From: Chrysomallon squamiferum
Taxonomy: Eukaryota; Animalia; Mollusca
Assembly (NCBI GenBank): GCA_012295275.1
Contig: CM022671.1
Span: 35,588,001-35,652,000 of the forward strand
Direction of reading: 5' to 3'
DNA length: 64,000 nucleotides
Below are positions 26,816-42,800 of this stretch, in pieces. The position numbers were made by a program, and so were the translations under genes. Below the pieces are notes generated by a model that was not told the DNA's origin, did no database searches, and saw only the letters and a program-made list of their open reading frames with translations. The stretch's first letter is position 1. Every line of letters starts with the position of its first letter.

Positions 26816-26861
<46 letters not shown>

Positions 26862-27911
26862 CTCACACACATTTGCGGATATATGTAAAACGTAACTGGT
26901 TTGTTTTTACCGCTAGCGTGGCCGCCGCACGACACTGCTAAGGCAACCACCGCGGCCTGACAGAAGAAGACGTCATCCTTCTCGTCATGAACGACATTGA
27001 CAGAGATGACAATCAACAGATCACAAGCAACGAGTTTACGTACGAATTCATCACAAAATATGACCATGATCGTGAGTGACTCAGAATAAATGAATGTCAA
27101 CACATTTTTACTAATGACGGTTATTAAGAGGCAATTTGCGTTCTTGAGGATTTTTTCCTATTTTTAAAAAATATATATTATTTATTTATTTATTTAATTT
27201 TTTTTTTAAATTTAATTTAATTTAATTCTTTTCTATTCTGTTTATATATATTGATGATGATAATAATTATAGAAAGGGCAACCAACTGCAGCAATTCCTG
27301 TGGTTTTTTCTAGATAAAGATATTTTATGTTTATTACTGCGGATATGATACAGCACTGACACCAAGACTGTAGAAAACATACGTAGGGCAATGGGTGGAT
27401 CGGGAAACTGTCCACTGAGGAGAACAGATCCTGTTCTAACCATGGTATTTTTTTCTTCTTTTTTTTTCTAAGAAGGACGGAAATGTGACTTGGTGGTTAG
27501 AACTGCTGGCACAGAGCAGAAAATACGCAGTGGGCTGTTTCCCGTTGTACCCATTTCCCACAAAATGACATCAGCTTTTTCATGGGAAAAGTGTATAAAA
27601 CAAGATACCTTACTACAAATAAGTGGATTTATTACTATTTTTATTTTATTTTATTTTATTATATTTTTAAAGGTAGTTGTATATAAACTGTGTGTGTTTG
27701 TTTATTGTTGTTGTTGTTTTAAATTTATTTATTTGGTTTTTTTTTTTTTTTTTTTTCACATCCTAACATTTCTGAGTCGTAAATAACGAAAACTGCTGAG
27801 GTGTCACATATAATTTCATTGATTAATTCCAAAGCTAGGAAATATGTCACTAAAAAAACTACATTATTATTTCATTCTCAGCAACTACAAGTGTCACATG
27901 AATATTAAAGT

Positions 27912-27949
<38 letters not shown>

Positions 27950-28535
27950 GTTGCTTAAATTTAAATATGCATTCAAATGTATATGACTGTTTCAAATATA
28001 CACTTGTACGTACAATTATCGTACCTGCAGAGACAGAGAATATAATCACACAAACTCATACACAAACATACATGCGGACAGACACAGCCACATACAGATA
28101 CGCACACATACAGACACATTTATTTCCATAAATATTATTTATATAATTATTTATTATCTTCAGGAAATGGCCAAGTCGAGGAACACGAATTCGTACACGA
28201 ATGGCACAGACGTTACCATGACGACCACGAATTTCCAAAGAAATTATTCCATGTTCTAAGAGTAACAGAAAACCAATATTTGAGTACATCTAACGTCCAG
28301 GCAATGATGGATAAATTCGATGTTAATGGTAAGATTCGATTTGAAATCTTCTGCACATTCCACTCCCGTTTGAAAGTTTCTTAGAATTTCATTATTCGAA
28401 ATATTATTTCTTTAAAATTTCTTAAACATTCATGAACATATGTAAGAAAAAGGTGCCTGTCAAACGAATTAATTAAACGTAATTTTATGATTAAATCTAA
28501 GTTCTAGAATGATTTAATAATAATAATAATAATAA

Positions 28536-28566
<31 letters not shown>

Positions 28567-29285
28567 AAGAAGAAGAAGAAGAAGAAGAAACCAAGTACAT
28601 GTGCTTTCTGTGTCTGTAGTCAGCAACGAAAATTTGATCCTACAACCTAACGATATAAACAATTTAATAACATTTTCAGGAGATCAGCGTTTGTCATATG
28701 GAGAATTCCATGCGGCATTGATGAAGGTAAATTATAACTGTTTAAAGTATTTCTAACTTCAGGTATATCATAATTATTAAGTATCATATTTAGATTTACC
28801 TTCGTCAAGATAAGAACTCGCTTCCTAAAGGCTCTGCTTCCTCAGCACTGCACTTAGTGACTAAGAAATCCTTTTATTCTGTTCTCATTTACTAATTCGT
28901 TTAACCGAAGCTATAGTTATATTGAATACCTGAAAGATATATCAAAAGAAAAACTGAAGTCTGTTGCGAAAGTGAGAGAAATAAAATAAAATGTCCATAT
29001 CAACACAATTTTACAAAGTACTGTCAGCCATTTGTAATACGAACAGAAGCGAAGATAGCCGGCAATAGATTCGTTCTTTATCGGTATATTTCGGCAAATG
29101 ACGAATAATTTTGCGACTAACTTTATTGATAATATTTATATTATAAATTATTAGTGTTAGAAAAACACATATTTACTGAAACCAGTATAAAGCGAGGAAA
29201 ATAAAGTATTAACAAAACAAAAAGTTGTACATTTCATATTTGCACTTTCTATTTTCAGGTTTACAAAGACTGCTTGAACGAATGA
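26632..29285 (+). pseudogene. Secreted EF-hand Ca-binding protein, paralog A, with premature TAA (pseudogene, null allele or base error)
   Basis: Exons 26632-26669, 26917-27071, 28164-28328, 28680-28726, 29259-29285. Signal peptide MMKAIVIILICCSVAAA. TAA at 26939-26941 aligns to TAC (Tyr) in paralogs B and C; the rest of the gene is intact. Confidence 0.8.
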
Positions 29286-29452
29286 TGAAATTTTATGCTT
29301 TTAGAAATCACATTTCCGAGATGTATTTAATAAATGTAAAAAATTAAATAAAATTAAAAAAAAGAATTTATTAATTTGATGCCTTATTGTTTTATGTTCA
29401 TATTCATAAATTTGATTGTCCTCATAGTAAAAGTGATAATAGTATCAATTGG

Positions 29453-29517
<65 letters not shown>

Positions 29518-30260
29518 CAAACAAGCACATATCACGTATAATCCCACTGTACAGTTAATAAAACATTATCTATTTTTATTTTACATTCATAATATTTTGT
29601 TATCTCAGAAAACTGATATTTATACGTTTCTGTGAAAAACACCACGTGTTAACATTATACGCAGGAACCAGGCCGTAAAACAGACGCATAGATTTATTTC
29701 GAAAAAAGTAAGTTCCTTAAATTCAAAATATTCTTTTTAGCACAAAATGATTTTAAAGTATTCCGTGTTGATGCTATTCAATAGACAAAGTACTTGCTGT
29801 GTATTTTATATTCATGCAAACTATGCTTTGATAAAAATAAAGTAATATGGACAGAGTCGTGGATGCTGCCATTTTCCTTTTTGTACGTGTATTCTTAACG
29901 TCAGGTCTTTCGTGCTACTACTACAAATACTATGACTATAGTATTACTACTACTACTACCACTGCTACGACTACTACTACAAATGTTAATAATAATAATA
30001 ACAACAACAACAACAACAGTAATAATAATAACAACAACAGTAATAATAATAATAACAACAACAACAACAACAATATGTGTCCATCGTCAGACAATAAAAT
30101 AAGAATAATTTACAAAGATAGTAACTTGCCTTAAGTCCTGTCAGACTAGAATATTTACCACACGAGTCTGTCTGTGAAGTTTTTGTTTTATTTTAGTACA
30201 CGAAAAGGTTAAAACTGAATACTGTAATATCACTTTTTTTCTCTCTCTATTTTAGCTAAC

Positions 30261-30770
30261 ATGCAAGTCCTCGTCATCCTTCTGGTCTATTGTAGGTAAG
30301 AAAAACAATGTATTTTTAAAAAGTCATTGCTCAGTGAAAGGTTTATCAATAACTGTATGAAAAGATCCTTTGATGCTTATCACCGAGTAACTCATGCAGA
30401 GGCGGCAGAAGATTTGCTTTTACACATCATTGTCAAACGTCACACAGCTACACTGAATCTATTTCAAATGGAAAATAAGTAAATAGACAAACAGTCAGAC
30501 AGACAGACAGATGAAACAAAGTAATTATCAAATCATCTAATACTGATGGACTAAATTAAAAGATTACAATGAATGTAACTATTAATGTCTCTTTATTATT
30601 AGCATGGCAGCTGCACGACACTGCTACGGCAACTACCGCGGCCTGACGGAAGAAGACGTCATCCTTCTGGTCATGAACGACATCGACAGAGACAAAAATC
30701 AGCAGATAACAAAAAACGAGTTTACGTACGAATTCATCACCAGATATGACCATGATCGTGAGTGATAATA

Positions 30771-30853
<83 letters not shown>

Positions 30854-31975
30854 ATAAATAAATAAATAATTAAATAAATAAAATAACGATAAAGACATTG
30901 AGTAAAGACCAAAAGGTCAATAATATAAGTACTGTTTATGTGAATTTAATTCCAGGAAATGGTAGGGTAGATGAACATGAATTTGTAGAAGTCTGGCACA
31001 GGCGTTACCATGACGACCAAGAATTTCCTGTGAAGCTGTTTCTTGCTCTGAGAGTGACAGAAAATCAGTACCTGAGCGTTCCCTATGTGCAATCAATGAT
31101 GGACAAGTTCGATGTGAATGGTAAAATCGTGCTACTACTATAATGACAACAACAGCGACAACAACTACTTCTACTGTTGTTACTATTATTACAACAACCA
31201 TTACTATTACTACCACTGCAATTACTGTACTATCACTACCGCTGTTACTATTACTACTAGGACGACGACTATTTCTACCATTAATACCATTTTTAAACTA
31301 TTTTTATACTACTGCCATTGGTAACAGTTAAAGTAGTTGCTGCAATAAAACAAAATAATATTTATTGTTAAGAAATAAAAAGATACTCTTTGCACAGCAA
31401 AATGATTGTTATTTTTTATATCTAATAAATGTGAAAACATCTTTAAATTTCTAGATGAGTTGTTGTTGTAGTAAACGTGGATTTTGATTTTTTAAAAGAT
31501 AGTTGGGAGGTTCGTGTTATATTCTAAACAACTAACTCCGATTTTCAGGTGATCAGCGTCTGTCGTACGGAGAATTCCATGCTGCCCTGATGAAGGTAAA
31601 AACCAGTTACCTTTTATATGACATAAAATCAATGTTTTTTTATTTTCTAAAATTTAAACACTTGACAAAGGTATTATGATTTTTGTAAACTAATCTGCTA
31701 GTAACGTATTCCCGTATTCCGTCATCAGAAATCATTGGGCTACCAAAGTCTGCATGATCTACATTTTACAAACTTTCTATAGCATTCGTTTACAAGACTA
31801 AAAACTCTCCACATTCTGTCCATCACAAACTGACACTTGGCGTAAATGTAAAATTAAACTACAATGTGTAAATAAAATAATATAAATAAAACATAACAAA
31901 AGCCAGAAAGCGACTAGATTTAAAAATTGATTTCGTTTTGTTTTTCAGGTTTACAAAGACTGTCTCACAGATTGA
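30261..31975 (+). CDS. Secreted EF-hand Ca-binding protein, paralog B (about 140 aa)
   Basis: Exons 30261-30295, 30603-30757, 30956-31120, 31549-31595, 31949-31975. Signal peptide MQVLVILLVYCSMAAA; EF loops DRDKNQQITKNE, DHDRNGRVDEHE and DVNGDQRLSYGE; ends VYKDCLTD*. Confidence 0.9.
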
Positions 31976-33224
31976 TACAGTTACTGGTTTTTCTTAAAGA
32001 TTTAAATAGATCGGTGAAGACTTCTTTGTAAAAATATCGTTTCTGTTTTATGACTGTTGTCTGTCGCAGCAAATTATATCCATGTTGAAAATAAATATTA
32101 ATATTAAAATCAGGGTTTTGCAGCTTTTTGTGTGTGTTTCTTTTAACATTTGTATGTGTCTTCGTCAAGGTATGTTTCAATGCCTTTTTAAATACATTGT
32201 TGTATGCATATAATTTTCCGTTTTTAGTCATCGCAAAGGGTTATGGTATGTAATATCCTGTCGTTAGGAAGGATATAATAATACTGAAGATAATTTGTAA
32301 CAATTTTGTAACTCATATCATCATTAACAAAAGTTAACACTACAATTCGAGTAGAAAAATATATGTTTGATGCCATTTTCCTGTTATATATTATGAATAA
32401 AAAGAACAACAACAAATAAATAAACACACATATATATATATAAGCTACCTCCTGATCTTTCACTGATTTGTTAAATCACTGTCACACTTTATTATTGGTA
32501 AAAAAAGATTTTTTGAAAACAACACAGAACGTGGAATGTATATAATATTATCAGACGACCAGAATTTCTTTTGTTTTATCGTGCAGTTATTACAGTTTCA
32601 GTTCCATCTTTACAGTTACGATTTTCAGCATATATAATACATTTTTATCAAACACTTGTTTTAAACTATAAACTGACTGTTAGCTGTAATTATATTCAGT
32701 GTCTTACTGTATACATGTTCCAACCCAGTCCAATCTTTTAAGAAACAGTACACAAACAACTAGGAATGTTCTTAATCTTATCTTATTGTGTAATCATATC
32801 AAGTAATACTAAAAGAAAAACATCTGCTTGGTTGATAGACATCTGACAGTAGGACAGACAGACATAATCCAAAAAAATACACAGAAAGTAAGTACATGTA
32901 GGTTAAAATTAAATTAACAGACAATGAATTACAAATAATAGATATATTCTTCTTCAGAATTATAATTAGTTTAAGATGGGTAATAATAAATATATTACAA
33001 AATGGCTTGAAATAAATAAATAAACTATTTTTTTTTTTTGTGTAACCATTTTTTGCTCTTCCTCTTAATAGTGCTATTTATAATAATAATAATGATAATA
33101 ATAATAATAATAACAATAATAATAATAATAACAATAATAACAATAATAATAATAACAATCGTTGTCGTCGTTGTCGTCACTGTTATTTTTGTTCTTCTTA
33201 TTAGTATTTTTATTTCAGCTGATT

Positions 33225-35102
<1,878 letters not shown>

Positions 35103-35259
35103 TATAATCGATTTAAGATATATTTTATAAATTGCCAGTGAAATAAAAAAAAAAAAAAAAAAACGCTGATTTTGTAATCTGTTTTTTTTTTTCTGAGGGT
35201 TTGGCTGTTTGTATATTGTACGTCATGGTATAAGTATATGAAAGTCATCCAGATATATT

Positions 35260-35347
<88 letters not shown>

Positions 35348-36084
35348 AATAATCACAACGAAACAATGCCCATTATACAAATGTCTGAAACAATGACTGA
35401 AACAACGAAATTATAAAATATAAAAACTTTTATTATGTCAGTCGTACTTGAGATACACATTTCAAGTAGATATATAAAATAATATTATGTAAAAATCAGA
35501 CCATTGATAAGTCCATGGTTTATTGACTTTTTACATTTTGATTTGTAAGAAACAACATAAAATGAAAATACAGCTAAATGAAATTTATACACTTGCATTA
35601 TAAAACCTAATTAAATACATTCATCTCTCACAGAGATATACGTGGTTATGAGAAATCTGTACAATTTACATATCTTTACTTTCAAGCAGATAGTATTGTA
35701 AACAAAAATCAGATTTAATTTCATGGTAGAAAATCAGAAGTTCATTATAAAACAAACTTCCAGATTATACATTAATTATGTGTACTTGAACTTTTTTTTA
35801 GTACAGAAACGTGCTAAAACTATTTATAGTAAACACACATTCTTCAATCATGATTCAGTCAGTAACATACCCTTCAGCCAAAGATAAATGTTGCAGTTGA
35901 GATATTTGAGGTATTTAGTAGACATCTTCTAGTCACCCAAGTCACAGAACATGTAACTCATTTCTATATTAATCTTAATATGAATCTAACAGTAAGATTA
36001 ACTGCATACAACAAGTTTTTGTAAAAATTTGCCTTTAACGATAAAGCAGACGAAACAATGGCAGGGTTTTCGGTAAACTGATCT

Positions 36085-37041
36085 TTACTTGAAAGAAGAA
36101 TGTTTGATTTGGTTGTTATAAAACTGTGGAGTATTTCTGTCACAAAGAATTTGCTGACAGATTTTGGAAAATTCGATTCCGGGTGAAAACTTCGGATGCA
36201 GACTTCTGCTCAACAGGGGAAGCAACCTGTTTGCATTTCTGTTCTCTATCTGGAATTGAAAATGAAGAAAGATCGTGATAATAACATTATAACATTATGG
36301 CAGTATATTTTGTTCGAAAGAATAATTACAAAGTGAATATATCTTATAAATAAAATGATATTACTGTTATCCAATGTAAATTTTATCAACAAAAAAAAAA
36401 ATGAATTTGAAACTAATTTTAATGAAACAAAAATAATAATAATAATAAAAAAATAAAATAGTGTCACTTAATATCAAAACATATAATTATACATATATTT
36501 AATTTTGTGAAAAGTGTAGTAGTAGCTGGTGGTATTACTTTCAAAATGAAGACAGATAAATCATGAAAATAAAATTAAATTATGGACAAGTTATTTCTCC
36601 AAAATCTATACCCTGGTACTACACACAAAACTCAATTTCAAATAATAAAATAACCAACAAATGATACAAATGCTGTAGTGATGTGAATACAACTAGCAAT
36701 CTATTAAAGATGTGGTTTATTTTAACTCTACATGTAAAGTTTGTTAATAAAATAATAAACAATGACACAAATGATGTAATGATGTAAATAAACTAGCTAT
36801 CTATTAAAGACTTGGTTTATTTTAACTCTACATGTAAAGTTTGTTAAGCTAACCACCTGGAAGTCTGGGCAGGCTGGGATTGTGTTCAGTTCTAGACTCT
36901 GGATTAGATCACTGGACTCAGTTAACAGTCTCTGTAACTTGCTGGCTGGAGACACAGACAGACATGTCTACAGACAGAAACATAATAATAATAATAATAA
37001 TAATAGTAATAGTAATAGTAATAGTAATAATAGTAACAGTC

Positions 37042-37095
<54 letters not shown>

Positions 37096-40000
37096 GTCAT
37101 AATAATAACAACAGCAAAGAGAGCAGTAATAGTAGTAGCAATAATACTACTACTACCAGATGTGGTAGTAATATACTGAATATGATACACCAACAAAAAT
37201 AAGCTCAGTAACTTAATATTTATTTATTGGCATCGTATGTTTATATTAATAGTTATTAGGAATTAAAAAAATAGTACAATATTCTATGTAATGATATTAG
37301 AAAAATCACTAATGCATTAACACAACAACTGATGTTACATTTAAATTATTCACACACAATTCATGTTACATTTAAATTATTCACACACAACTCATGTTAC
37401 ATTTAAATTATTCACACACAACTCATGTTACATTTAAATTATTCACACACAACTCATGTTACATTTAAATTATTCACACACAACTCATGTTACATTTAAA
37501 TTATTCACACACAACTCATGTTACATTTAAATTATTCACACAACTCATGTTACATTTAAATTATTCACACACAACTCATGTTACATTTAAATTATTCACA
37601 CACAACTCATGTTACATTTAAATTATTCACACACAACTCATGTTACATTTAAATTATTCACACACAACTCATGTTACATTTAAATTATTCACACAACTCA
37701 TGTTACATTTAAATTATTCACACACAACTCATGTTACATTTAAATTATTCACACACAACTCATGTTACATTTAAATTATTCACACACAACTCATGTTACA
37801 TTTAAATTATTCACACAACTCATGTTATATTTAAATTATTCACACAACTCATGTTACATTTAAATTATTCACACACAACTCATGTTACATTTAAATTATT
37901 CACACACAACTCATATTACATTTAAATTATTCACACACAACTCATGTTACATTTAAATTATTCACACACAACTCATGTTATATTTAAATTATTCACACAA
38001 CTCATGTTACATTTAAATTATTCACACACAACTCATGTTACATTTAAATTATTCACACAACAACTCATGTTATATTTAAATTATTCACACACAACTCACG
38101 TCACTGTCTCTAAATGAATTTTCACTTTTGACGACACTGACATCAGTGTCAAGGAATGATGACAACTTGTCTTCAAATGACATCCTGCCAGCATGTGACC
38201 TGTCACCTCCATGTGACGTCATCGGGAATTCAGTATCACCCTGCTCACTAAATTCAGTCCCTGAAAATGTTCTGTTTACATCCATCCCACTAGTTGCACA
38301 TGTTCTGTTAATGTCAATAATACCATCAGAACATGACATCCTGTTAATATCAGTTCTATATACTGCTGAAGATCTCCTTTTAGCATTACTTGCAGAAGAT
38401 ATTCTTTTACTGTCTTTTTCCACTGACTGAAGTCCTCTGCAGTCTAGCTGTGTTCACTGCAGACTGTTCAGCTGTTCCATTAACCACTGGGTACTCCCCC
38501 CTCTCCGTACACCACTTTCTATTCATGCTGGAATCATCTGGAGACATTTCTGTGACATCTCTTTGAGGTGGGAAACTGTTAAAGAATTAAAGAATTAATG
38601 TTTATTTCCAACATTATTATTTTGTATTTAATAAAAAAAAATGACAAGAACTAAAAAAGTAATATAAAATATATATTCTGAAAACTTAAACTTTACTATC
38701 TAAATGTTATATATTTTAGTCAGTTTAAAACAGTTTTCAAGCTGTTTGTTTTTTTTGTTTTTTTAATTTATTTATAAAAACGATTTTTTCAGTATGTTCA
38801 GCATATTTATTATTATTTTTTTTCTTACCTGTTATGTTCATCTATAAAATGACTGGACTGCAAACTCTCTTTTGTACTGTCTAAATTTAACTGCAGTAGA
38901 GTTACCTCCCTTTGTTGTCTCTCGTACAGCTTAAATATCAGAATTTAATTTATTAAATACAAATATGAAACTATAAAAACAAAACAAAACAAAAAAAAAA
39001 ATAAAATAAAATATGTTTTTATTTTTAATAGGCTAGACAGTGGGATGTTTGGTATTTTATAGAAAGTGTATAAGCTTGTAGATAGACAGAGAAGGAAAAA
39101 TAAATAAATTTGAGTAAATGTCTTACTTCTCTGACTGTTTTTAATTCATCCCACATTCTCTCCTGTTTTGCCTTCAGTGAATCCACTAGCTGATCCTTCC
39201 ATCTTTCTCTCTCACCTGAACAAAATAATTAAATAAATAAATATATAAATAAATAATTGATTAATATTATAAATGAAATGAGTGGAAAAAAAGAAAATAA
39301 ATAATGATAATAACCATCTTTATGTTAACTGACCTTGACATCAAATGTTATGAAATTATTAAAAAAAACATAAATGCAACAGAATTATTTTAGTAGAGAC
39401 AGAATCTTCAAGAAAATATTTTCTTTAAAAATCTTAATTGAAATAATTTTAGTTCTCAAAAAAGTATTCTAATATTTAAAAAATAATAATAAACTAAAAA
39501 TATAAATAAATAAACTATAACAACAAAAATCTTTAAACATTAAAAAAAGCCAGCAATAAAAAACTTAAAAACTTACAAGTTGCTTCGTAAGACTGCTGTA
39601 TTTCTAACAGTCTGTTCTGGATCTCTGTTACCATGGCAGCACTTTGATTAGCTTCTTCTTCTTTCTTCTTCATCTCACCTACAATTATTATTCAAAATGT
39701 ATTTCATTCATTTTCACCTGCTTCACCATTTATCAGTATCTGTTAATGAATTAATCTGTTTTACAAACAACAGTCATTTAGTTAATACAACACCACTAAC
39801 CTTTCTTAATAATAAAATAAAATCTTGAAAGTTAGAGAGACTGAAGGTTTCCATGATGTCATAGAACAGCACACATATTAAAATGTTGTTAAATAATCTG
39901 CTAATTCTTACACCACAGTGTTTCCATGGTTTCCTGAGCCTGCAGATATTTCTGTTTCCACTGAGAGGCGTGATGGATGGCGTCTGCTTCTCTGTGCTGA

Positions 40001-41032
40001 AACTCCACACACCTGGAATTCATCTTCTGAAGTCTCATACACAGGTCATCTACACTCCTCCTGCTCCTCTGACCTCCCTCCACTTGATCCTCCTTCACAC
40101 AGAATTAAACATTTCCAATCAGCAATGTGTAACAGTATTTGAGAAGTTGAGGCTATAATTATTTTCTTTTTAAACTGAAACTGCTGTTTTTGTTATTTTA
40201 TTTTATTTTATTTTATTTATTGATCAGGATGTTTGTTTATTTCATTTATTTTTGCTTAAATATTAGGTGAAAGAGAAAGACTGAAAGTTAAACTCAACAG
40301 TTTATGTTGAAGGAGAATGCAAGATTTGTATTATTTCTATTTTTAAGAACACACTGTATGTTATATCTGATTTGAAAATACAAGAATACATCATGGAATT
40401 GTTTTATTTTTAGTCATCAAGACTCATCTGTTAAATTTAATCACCAAAACAAAAAGAATAAAGCCACAAAAATTTAACATCCATAAACAATGCACGTAAT
40501 GGTAATATAAATGATGATTTGTTTTAATAACTTACTCCATTAATTGTGTTTTTTTCTTTTCCATCTTGAACTGATTCCATTTTATCTTGTTCATCTAAAA
40601 ACAAACATAAACAAATTTTTAAAATCTCAAAACAACCACTGTGGAAGCTTAAACACTGAATTACATTTTAAAATATCTTCAATAAAAACATTCACAAAAT
40701 ATTTAAAAAAAACTAAATTAGCTGTTAACATAACAAGATAAGACCTAAATACCCTGTGAAATATTTCCAGAATATTCAAAATCTAAACCATCGATGAAAT
40801 TACTGGAGGAGAATTATTTCAGTTAAAACAAAACATGACGTATCTTCAACTCAAATGATTATTTCAAACTTACACAACAATTCAGAATTTTTATCCTGAG
40901 ATTTCTGCAACAGTAACTGATTTTGGTTGTCTGTTGCTATGGTAACACATTGACTCTCTGTTACCATGACTGCACTCTGGTTAGAATCTTCTTCCTTCTT
41001 CTTTACATCATCTAAGAATAGTAATAATAGTA

Positions 41033-41075
<43 letters not shown>

Positions 41076-42035
41076 TATAATAATTATAATAATTAAGGTG
41101 TTACCAATTCCCTACAGACATCATTAATTCATTCCTCGAGTTAGCAGTAGTTTAAAGAGATAACTAACACTTACACAACAGTTTGTCCAGTGTGTCCTGT
41201 GTCTGTGAGTATTTCTGTTTCCAGCGTGTGGCTCGTCGCACTGCCTCTGCTTCACGATGCTGACATTCCTGACATCGTGAACTGAGCTGTTTCACACGGG
41301 CAGACAACTCTTCAATAGTCTGACTTCTCTGACAAATATCATTCTCCTGTGATGCAAAAACAACCATTTGTTAAACTTATTTCTGTTTTGATCTTTTATT
41401 TACATGTTAAACACATATTTGTGGGGTTTTTATACGTTAAACATGACTGAATAAATAATCTTTTGTTTATTGATGCATAAAAATATCTACAATTAATTTT
41501 TATCACATAATACATAATGATTAATGCAATTTTGTTTTTAGCAATGTCTTAATTCATTTAAATAATAAATATAGGAAATCCCTTTTTTTACCCTTATTGT
41601 ATATAAAAGTGGTGTATTATGTTGAGATATCTCCCCACAGAGGTTTTCTAGCATGTCTAGATATTTTGCTAGTGGTAATATTCTGTTATGTTTGAAAACT
41701 ATGCAGATTTCATTTCACCATCATACAGTAACATTAATGAATATCTGCTGTGTGTTAACTGCTCTTTTTATTATTTTATTTTATTATTTTTTTACTTTTT
41801 TTGAAAATGGTGGTACATTCTATAAATATAATATGTGAATCTATACAGTATATTTCCTAAAATATAAAATATGGAGAAACCTTGAGTCTAAGTAGAGTGA
41901 CCAGCTCCTGTTCTCTGGCCTCCAACTGACCAACTTGACCAGACACTGCCCTCAGAGAGCTGTTTAGACTTGTATTCAGTGCCTGAAAGAAAGAAATATA
42001 ATGTAACGCATGTTAAATAAATAAATAATAAAAAA

Positions 42036-42105
<70 letters not shown>

Positions 42106-42730
42106 TAACAACCACTAAAAACAACTTCAACAAAAAGGTGAAATGTTTATTAATTAAATTTTTCTGTGATATAAAAATATTAAACTGATATATTGGATTA
42201 CCTTAGATTAATCAGATATTGTCAGTAGATTACAAAGACTAACATACATCTCCAAACATCATCAGATTATCATCTTACACAGCATTGAAATATGTTTAAA
42301 ATAAAACCTCTGTATTGTGCACAAATGTATGTAATCCATTTGAAGTCTTTGAACTTAATGTTTTATTTGCATAATACAAATATTTGAAAAGAAAACAGCA
42401 AAATAACAAGGTCAGTGGGAAACATGAAGACTAACAGTTTCCTTTTTTTATCATAATAAACAACAAAGTCTACATGTTAACGTTCTTTTTACAATAAAAG
42501 ATTTAATGTTTACATTTGTGAAAATGTAGCCTAAGACAAGTGTTTTACATCTCATACCTGTAAACTCTCCACTTTCCGAGACTGTTCCTCTTTTTCTTTT
42601 TTTATCTCTTCCAGTTCCGACTCATTGATGTCTGTGTTTGTAGCTTTTGTCTCCAACCTTGAGTCTTCCTGTTCAAACTGCACACTCTGCAGATCTTCAT
42701 TTCTTTGGTCAAGTTTTTCTTTTAAATAGA

Positions 42731-42800
<70 letters not shown>

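Noticed and set aside
37321-38099. 30-bp repeat array as a CRISPR array
   Set aside because: Units are head-to-tail with no unique spacers, there are no cas genes, and the context is a eukaryotic intron.
38455-38457. In-frame TGA in CCDC62 as a selenocysteine or read-through codon
   Set aside because: After recounting the G6 run at about 38496-38501, this TGA is not in the frame entered from the upstream exon. The defect is a frame change, not a single in-frame stop.
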